Source of the DNA: Enterococcus rotai
Lineage (GTDB): Bacteria; Bacillota; Bacilli; Lactobacillales; Enterococcaceae
Direction: 5' to 3'
DNA: 24,000 bases
Assembly (NCBI RefSeq): GCF_001465345.1
Contig: NZ_CP013655.1
Location: 2,313,741-2,337,740 of the forward strand
How positions within the stretch are numbered: the first letter of the stretch is position 1; every line of letters begins with the position of its first letter. Positions 14,601 through 21,400 of this stretch are shown here, piece by piece. A model generated the notes under the pieces. The model made no database searches. It was not told where the DNA came from and worked only from the letters and a program-made list of their open reading frames with translations. Position numbers and translations under genes: made by a program.

Positions 14601-15935
14601 TTAAAATTGATTTAAGTAATCTATAACAGCCAGCCCCACATATTTAGCTAATTTAACGGGAACGGCATTCCCAATTTGCTTATATATACTTGTGACGCTT
14701 CCTTCGAACTTCCAAGAATCTGGAAAACTTTGAATCCTGGCATATTCTCTAACTTTGAATGGACGGGTTTCAGAGGGGTGGCAACGTTCTGTTTGTTTTT
14801 GACTAGGAGAAGTTGTTAAAGTTAGAGAAGGCTCATCCCAAGAAATTCTTCGAGCCATACCTCTTTTACCGCCACCAGAGTGATAAGAAGCACCCATGTA
14901 ATCTTTTGCAATATTTTCGGGAAGATTAACCCAGCAACCTCCTGGGGGAACTAATTCTAAAACTTTTTTTTTCTTTTCTGAATAGGGCGTTCCTTGACTA
15001 TCAGGTACATTTTTTAAAGCGTCTTTTAGTACGGGCTTTGTTGTTGAAATCTCTGGGAAAGCAAAAGGTTTCTTTTGCTTTTTAATCAGATCATTTCTGA
15101 TTCCAATTATTACAATGCGCTCTCTTTTTTGTGCAACATCGTAATTCCAAGCATTTAATACGTTCCAATATACTGTATAACCAGATTGTGAGAAGACATC
15201 AAGCATTGTCTCGAGAGTTCTACCCTCATCATGATTTACCAAACCTTTTACATTTTCGGCTATAAAAACTTTGGGAGTTAGCTCATTTAAAATTTGAGAA
15301 TATGGATAAAATAATGTTCCACGTATATCTTCTAGTCCATGTCTTTTACCAGCGTAACTAAAACTTTGACAAGGATACCCACCGGATAAAACATCTAACT
15401 CTTTATCAAGAGTGAATAATTCGTGATTTTTTATTCCATTATTTGCAATGTTTACAATATCCCCTTGAATCACATTCCAATGAGGTCGATTTTTCTTTAA
15501 AGTTTTACAAGCATCTTTATCTAATTCAATAGCACCTATCGAGTTAAGACCAGCTTCTTCTAATCCTAAAGAAAGTCCACCGGCACCGGCAAATGTTTCA
15601 AGAACTGTGTAATCTTTTTGAGGCGAAATATTTTTAACATCAGTATATCTATCCAATTTATATTCATATCTATTTATATTATTAGCAATAGATTCATCAG
15701 TAATTAATTCTAGCTGTTCCATGTGCTCACCAGTTTCTTCAATTATTAACTCCTTAAAAGGAATTTTTAACTCATTCATTAGATTTAGAACGTTTGTTTT
15801 TATAGGACAAAAGTCATCTGATAACATCTGTGAAAGTTGACTTTTGCTCATTCCAATTCGTTCAGCAAGCTCAGTTTGAGTAGCAATATTATTCTTTTTC
15901 ATAGCCAATTTTACTATATCTTTATTGATAAACAT
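14601..15935 (-). CDS. DNA (cytosine-5)-methyltransferase with N-terminal XRE-type helix-turn-helix domain
   Basis: Motif I TFAGAGGLSLG, motif IV GGYPCQSFSYAG, motif VI ENVKGL, motif VIII QKRERIVIIG, motif IX REYARIQSFPD, motif X GNAVPV. The N-terminal ~65 aa IATQTELAERIGMSKSQLSQMLS is a classic HTH. Confidence 0.92.
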   Translation of the reverse strand: MFINKDIVKLAMKKNNIATQTELAERIGMSKSQLSQMLSDDFCPIKTNVLNLMNELKIPFKELIIEETGEHMEQLELITDESIANNINRYEYKLDRYTDVKNISPQKDYTVLETFAGAGGLSLGLEEAGLNSIGAIELDKDACKTLKKNRPHWNVIQGDIVNIANNGIKNHELFTLDKELDVLSGGYPCQSFSYAGKRHGLEDIRGTLFYPYSQILNELTPKVFIAENVKGLVNHDEGRTLETMLDVFSQSGYTVYWNVLNAWNYDVAQKRERIVIIGIRNDLIKKQKKPFAFPEISTTKPVLKDALKNVPDSQGTPYSEKKKKVLELVPPGGCWVNLPENIAKDYMGASYHSGGGKRGMARRISWDEPSLTLTTSPSQKQTERCHPSETRPFKVREYARIQSFPDSWKFEGSVTSIYKQIGNAVPVKLAKYVGLAVIDYLNQF

Positions 15936-15979
15936 AGAAGATACCCCTTCGATAAGTTTAAAATATATTTAACAACCCA

Positions 15980-16008
15980 ATTATAATGGAGTTCAAATGC
16001 CAAGTCAA
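15980..16008 (-). promoter_or_regulatory. Sigma-A promoter of the methyltransferase gene
   Basis: The minus strand reads TTGACT, a 17-nt spacer, then TATAAT. A 5' UTR follows containing TTAAA-N5-TTTAA and a GAAGGGG RBS before the ATG at 15935. Confidence 0.6.
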
Positions 16009-16146
16009 CATTAAAGTTATAGTAGAGAATTATATAGTGTACTTTTTTTAAAATTTAATGTAATTCTATTTAAACTTTAGAGTTGTAAAAACGAACATTT
16101 AGACTGTATTATTTTTTTTAATGGGTTATACTAATAAATAGTATAA

Positions 16147-16947
16147 ATGAATAAGGAGTTGTTTATTATTATGGATAAATTAAAGATGAGGTTTAAAAAA
16201 AGTGTTAATGGAATAAGTTGGATCAATAAGAATTTTACTCCTGTTTTTAAACTTCTTTTTGGAGTCATGTCTTTATCACTTTTATTTCAAGCGAATAGCC
16301 TAGTACATAGTGGTAATATAGTAGCTAAAGAGATTGGACTACAGGCTAATGAAATTTCAGAAAAGCAATTAGAAGATACTGCTCCTTCCTTAAGTTTTAA
16401 TAGGAAAAGTTATGATGATGGAAATTTTTACTACGTTTTAAATAATGAACGAGGACACATGTCAAATGTAAGTTTTTATCAGTTTGATAGAATTAATTTT
16501 CATGCTAATAATAAACAATTTTCAGTTAATGCTGATGTAATGTCGAAAAATATATATAAAGGAAAAGCTAAAAAGAATCATTGGATATTTGATTCATCTT
16601 TAAAAAATTTTGATATTAATAAATTAATTGAGCAGTTAAATAAACAGTTAAATGAAAAACTTCAAACAAATGATTTTATGATTACAAGTACAAGTTACTA
16701 TTATGTCTCCTATAATGATTTTAGAAATGAAAAAAAATCAGAATATTATAGATTTAAAGACAAAGAAAGTGGAGAAGGAATTTATGATGAATATATGACT
16801 ATTCGAAATGATGAAATTGAAAATAATATCAAGAGATATTATACTAGTATATTCACTAGGCAAGAAACAAAATCTAGTGATGACGTATATAAAAATCAAG
16901 CTACAGTTTTATCAAATAGTATAATGAACTATTATAATATGGATTGA
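16147..16947 (+). CDS. Hypothetical membrane-anchored protein (Asn/Lys/Tyr-rich)
   Basis: The 266-aa ORF has an alternative start at ATG 16171, downstream of AAGGAG 16152-16157. There is one N-terminal hydrophobic segment (FTPVFKLLFGVMSLSLLF). I recognise no family. It is very AT-rich. Confidence 0.5.
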   Translation: MNKELFIIMDKLKMRFKKSVNGISWINKNFTPVFKLLFGVMSLSLLFQANSLVHSGNIVAKEIGLQANEISEKQLEDTAPSLSFNRKSYDDGNFYYVLNNERGHMSNVSFYQFDRINFHANNKQFSVNADVMSKNIYKGKAKKNHWIFDSSLKNFDINKLIEQLNKQLNEKLQTNDFMITSTSYYYVSYNDFRNEKKSEYYRFKDKESGEGIYDEYMTIRNDEIENNIKRYYTSIFTRQETKSSDDVYKNQATVLSNSIMNYYNMD

Positions 16948-16992
16948 CTATATGTAAGGAATACCAAATATGCTAGGTAGGCAATTTAATTC

Positions 16993-17020
16993 AGAGGATG
17001 GATCATCTCCATCCTCTTTT
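16993..17020. terminator. Rho-independent terminator between convergent genes
   Basis: AGAGGATGGA-tcatc-TCCATCCTCT followed by TTTT. It sits between the gene ending at 16947 (+) and the gene ending at 17035 (-). Confidence 0.75.
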
Positions 17021-17034
17021 ATAACATACGCAAT

Positions 17035-17343
17035 CTATTCCAAATTCATTTTCTTCCCCTCAAACCCAGTCTCAACCTTCTCAGCCCTAACCATCTCCAT
17101 CACCAATTCATCCCCCAACTCAATCAACCGATTATAATCCTCATAAAAAGCATGAAACATCTGCGCCCGCGCATAATACTCCTTCACAATCCGTTTCTTA
17201 TTAATCGGCCCAGACCGAAATTGAAAAAAATGATCCAAAATCGCCAAAGGCTCCTGCCAAGAAGCCATCTTTTCCATAAAATCCCGCAACTCAATAATAT
17301 CCTGATACGTAACCGCCTTTAAATTCTGTCCTTGTTTATCCAT
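17035..17343 (-). CDS. Hypothetical 102-aa protein
   Basis: I prefer the internal Met at 17343 (MDKQGQNLKAVTYQDIIELRDF...), preceded by AAGGAG 9 nt upstream. The longer ORF-track form (to 17559) runs through a hairpin, a terminator-like region and repeat-derived sequence. I recognise no family. Confidence 0.55.
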   Translation of the reverse strand: MDKQGQNLKAVTYQDIIELRDFMEKMASWQEPLAILDHFFQFRSGPINKKRIVKEYYARAQMFHAFYEDYNRLIELGDELVMEMVRAEKVETGFEGKKMNLE

Positions 17344-17552
17344 TCTCCTGATCTCCTTCAAATAAGGTGGAGAAAAGCCAATAAGCGCCAAACGAAACCC
17401 AAGCCCAAATCGAACTTCTCCCACCAATTTTTTCACTGAATTTCGTGCTTCAGCGATTCTTTCTATATACGCATTGACGAGACAAACCCATAACCCAGCG
17501 CTACAAAGGACTTTCAAAGCCTTGCTGTATTCATAACGCCTTCTCCCAGAGT

Positions 17553-17587
17553 AAAACAAAAAACGATACCGAACCTGTCAATACCGT
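17553..17587 (-). terminator. Minus-strand intrinsic terminator
   Basis: The minus strand reads ACGGTATTGA-caggt-TCGGTATCGT (10 bp including 3 G-U pairs that exist only in the minus-strand RNA), followed by TTTTTTGTTTT. Confidence 0.55.
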
Positions 17588-17660
17588 CATCAATCAGCCA
17601 AACCAACCCCACAATTCACTCCTAAACCACCCTTAATCCCAAGAAATTAACAAAACCAAC

Positions 17661-17689
17661 TAGAATTTCAAAAGAAAATTAGGTACAAT
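17661..17689 (+). promoter_or_regulatory. Candidate promoter of structured RNA copy 1
   Basis: TAGAAT, a 17-nt spacer, then TACAAT. The same geometry is conserved in copy 2 (TAGAAA-N17-TACAAT). The -35 is weak. Confidence 0.4.
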
Positions 17690-17695
17690 AAAGAA

Positions 17696-17805
17696 GCTAG
17701 TGCTTCGGTGCTAGCAAATTGGCAACTTGTATAGATAGCTAGTAGATGTCTATGCAAGGCTTCATCGTTCGGTTGCCGCCAAACGGTGAAGTGCCTTTTT
17801 GTTTT
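17696..17805 (+). ncRNA. Candidate ~110-nt structured small RNA, copy 1 (family not recognised)
   Basis: Hairpin GCUAGUGC-UUCG-GUGCUAGC, with a cUUCGg tetraloop and U-G/G-U pairs. An internal hairpin follows. The terminator stem is CUUCAUCGUU/AACGGUGAAG, with a U-G pair valid only for the + strand, followed by UUUUUGUUUU. The ends are estimates. Confidence 0.45.
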
Positions 17806-17863
17806 ATCCAGTTTTTCATCGATTCTTAAAACGTCCCTCCCTTCAAACATACTCGTAGGACAG

Positions 17864-17896
17864 AAAAAAACGGCATTGAGCAGATGCCCAATACCG
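17864..17896 (-). terminator. Minus-strand intrinsic terminator
   Basis: The minus strand reads CGGTATTGGGC-atct-GCTCAATGCCG (11-bp stem, two G-U pairs valid only on the minus strand), followed by TTTTTTT. Confidence 0.7.
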
Positions 17897-17959
17897 TCGA
17901 CAATAGTCTAATACCACATACACAACAACCAATCATACCAAGAAAAAGCAAAGATTCCC

Positions 17960-17988
17960 TAGAAATCCCAACCTATTTTAGGTACAAT
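17960..17988 (+). promoter_or_regulatory. Candidate promoter of structured RNA copy 2
   Basis: TAGAAA, a 17-nt spacer, then TACAAT, positionally equivalent to 17661-17689. Confidence 0.4.
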
Positions 17989-17994
17989 AAAGAA

Positions 17995-18105
17995 GCTAGT
18001 ACATGTTGCTAGCACTATTGGCAACTTGTTTGGACAGCTAGTACTGTCTTTACAAGGCTTCGATCGTAAGGTTGCCGCCGAACGATTGAAGTGCCAATTT
18101 TTATT
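17995..18105 (+). ncRNA. Candidate ~110-nt structured small RNA, copy 2
   Basis: It is collinear with copy 1 at a 299-bp period. The internal hairpin is GGACAG/CUGUCU, compared with AGAUA/UGUCU in copy 1. The terminator stem is CUUCGAUCGU/ACGAUUGAAG, with a G-U pair at the same column where copy 1 has U-G. AAUUUUUAUUUAU follows. Confidence 0.45.
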
Positions 18106-18354
18106 TATCTTTTTCAAATCCATTGACCTCAAATGATCAATGATCCTTATTTCTATCCTACACATTTTATTATACCGAAAGACACCCCCCACCGCAACGA
18201 AATTCGGCATTTCAACCCATTAAATAACACCAAAAACAGCGCCCTTATATATAAGATAAAATAACCAAAAAACTTTTTCCTCTTCAACCAATATTCACCC
18301 AAAAAAGCCCGAACTCCAGCTATGAGAAAAAACTAATAGTTCAGCCCGATATTT

Positions 18355-18383
18355 TTGAATTATTTATTTAGCCATACTATAGT
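18355..18383 (+). promoter_or_regulatory. Candidate sigma-A promoter of the large surface-protein gene
   Basis: TTGAAT, a 17-nt spacer, then TATAGT, 25 nt upstream of the ATG. The RBS is TAGGAGGT at 18391-18398. Confidence 0.55.
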
Positions 18384-18407
18384 AAAAGTATAGGAGGTAA
18401 GATATAA

Positions 18408-21400
18408 ATGAATAAAGTGCACAGAATTTCCCTGAATTATTTAGCCGTTTTGATGTTGGTGATTGCCAACTTGTTACCCGCCGCCAGTGTGTTTGCAGAA
18501 GGACTGACCAAACCAGATGAAAATACATTCGACTCAGAATCCTTATACATCAAAGCAGACACTAAGAAAAATGAAACGAACAACAAATTAATCGACGTAA
18601 ACTACGAAGTAACGAACAAAAGCGATCAACCAATCGATCACGTAGTTCTAAAACAAAAGAACCAAAATGACTCACCAGTAAAATTCGACGCAACAACCCT
18701 AAAAAGCGACGACCAATTGGTGGCGCCCTACGATCAAACGATCCAGTTTGACCAAAAAGAAAACCAAGGTGAGGGGACAGAACTAACCATCACCACGATC
18801 CAACCTCATACCACCAAACATCTGACAATCAGTGCCGAGCAAACAGACGAATCAATCTATCAGTTTGCTGTTGAAATAAATCAGGCAGATGAAAAAGTAG
18901 GAGACATCACACTAACACTGCCAAAGAATGAACAAGAACCGAGCAATACATCATTACAAGAAAAAGAATCTGACTCAGAAGTAGCAGAATCTCAATCAGA
19001 AGAGCCAACAACTGCTACACCAGAAGACTCAGTAGCAACGACCTCAGAAGAAAACAATCAAGCTGCACCAAGAGTACAACCAATCGGACCAAGAATTGCG
19101 CCAACGCCAGGCCGCGGCTTTGATAAACCAATTTATAAAAGCATCCACAAAGGAGAATTATTCTCTACAGGAAATACCAACTTAACCCCTGTAAACGAAG
19201 CGACAGCGAGCGCTTTTTTGAATACCAGAGCCCCAAGTAGTGGTCAAGCAATCAATAATTTTCAGTTGAAATTTGCGGATGTCGATGGCGATCCAACGAC
19301 CTATAACTCAAGTAAAGCCTACATCGATTTAGATGGTGCCAAAGAAGTCGCATGGGCAGGCTTATTTTGGAGTGCATCCCGTTTTAAAGGTCCAGCAACT
19401 GCGACGAATATGACCGATGATGAAATCAGCGCCCCCGTTCAATTAACCACGCCAAATGGAACAGTAACCCGTGTTGCGCCACAAAGATATCATCGAATTG
19501 ACCAAGATGCTACTAATCCTGGGCAAGGTTTTGGGTTTAATAATACGGGCTTTTCTAACTTTGCCGATGTGACCTCGATCCTTCAAGGGGATAAAAGTGC
19601 GACTGGTGCATACACATTAGCAGATATTCCGATGACCGATTTCCTACAAGGCAAATTTCAAAGTTTCAACTTCAGTGGTTGGAGTTTATTTATCGTGACC
19701 AAAGACCAAGCCAAACGATCCCGTGCCTTCAATGTCTATTATGGCGCTAGAGGGAACAAAGCTGGAACCAACAATGAATTTGTCATGAAAGACTTTTTAA
19801 CCTCTAAACAAGGAAAATTAAACCCAATCGTGACGTGGTTTACCGTTCAAGGCGATAAATTTTTCACAGGTGACAATGCTCAAATCCAAAATAGTGCAGG
19901 AACTTGGGTCAATATCAGCAATACAATCAACCCAGTCGGTAATGTCATGAACGGAACCGTTTCAGATAACGATCAACACATGGTGGATAAATATCCGGGT
20001 CAATTTAATCCTGGCTTTCCCAACTTTTTAGATATCGATGTCGATCGTTTGACCTTACCAGAAGGGATTATCACTAACAGTCAGAAACAAATCAACTTTA
20101 AAACAACCAGTAGCGGAGATGATTACTCAACCAACGCGATCGGTTTTTCAATCAATGCGGAAACACCCGAACTTGAAGTCACCAAAGAAATTATAAATCC
20201 AAAAGAAACGTATAAAATCGGGGACACCGTAACCTATCGTGTCCATCTCAAAAATACCAAAGAAAACACAGAAGCGGTCAACAGTCTTTCTAAAGACCAA
20301 TTAGATAGCCGTTTAGATTATGTACCCGACAGCTTATCCATCGTAAGTGGTCCAAATGCTGGCAATAAAACAGATGCCACAGGCGATGACCAGGGCGAAT
20401 ACACAGCAGCCGATCGTGCAATCACGTTTCGTGTAGGAGAGGGCGCCAACGCTACACAAGGCGGTAGCTACAAAGGAACGACCGCGGAAACAGTCTATGA
20501 ATTTCAAGCAAAAATCAATGATACAGCCAAAGGAGAAGAACTGATTCCAAATAGTGCCACATTCCAAGGGGTAGATTCTGCCACAAATACGATGATCGAG
20601 AACACATCCAATATCGTAGAGGTAAAAATCGCCCCAGAAGAACTGGTCGGCAAACTAGAAAGCTCAAAATCCGTCAACAATCAATCGCCAAAAATCGGCG
20701 ACGAAATAGAATACACGATTCAATTTAAAAACACCGTACCAAAGGGTATTTTAAACCAAGTAACCGTGACCGATACCTTACCAAAAGGCTTAACGTATAT
20801 TGAAGACAGCGTTACAAGTGCAGGGCCTGATCCCAAACCAACCGCATTAACGGTTGTCAATGGCCAAGTAACCGCTGAATACCCAAAAATCGCCGACACA
20901 GAAACACGCGCTATTTCCTTTAAAGTTCGTGTCAATGAAGAAGCGGTAGTCGGACAACCGATCATCAACAAAGCCAAAATCGATGATCACACGAATCCGC
21001 CCGATGAACCAGAAGTCCCAGTGACACCAACAGAAACACCAGGAGAATTAGAAAGTACCAAATCCGTCAACAATCAATCACCAAAAATTGGGGACGAAGT
21101 CGAATATCGTTTGTCTTTCCGTAATAAAATTCCGAATGGTGTCTTAAATCAAGTCACAGTGACGGATAATTTACCAAAAGGCATGACCTATGTCGACGGC
21201 AGTTTAACCAGCGAAGGCGCTGATCCGCAACCGACAAGTCTAACCATGACTGACGGCAAAGTCGTTGCAGAGTACCCAAAAATTCAAGATACCACAGTAC
21301 GAACCATTGTCTTTAAAGTCAAAGTCAATGAAGAAGCTATTGTTGGGCAAAAAATCGTAAACAAGATAACTGTAGATGACCATGTTAATCCGCCCGATGA

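Noticed and set aside
17035-17559. The 174-aa form of the minus-strand ORF given in the ORF track
   Set aside because: The upstream 72 codons have no RBS. They run through a long hairpin and through sequence related to the non-coding repeat units. An internal ATG at 17343 has an AAGGAG at ideal spacing.
17668-18210. ORFs 17668..17850 (60 aa) and 17959..18210 (83 aa) on the minus strand. I also considered small minus-strand peptides as possible type I toxins: the GTG-initiated MGLVWLIDDGIDRFGIVF... near 17615 and MIGCCVCGIRLL... near 17925.
   Set aside because: The two repeat copies are read in different frames by these ORFs. The small peptides are not conserved between units, run through the terminator hairpins, and mostly lack an SD. 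A type I toxin-antitoxin reading is therefore unsupported, although the convergent-RNA architecture remains.
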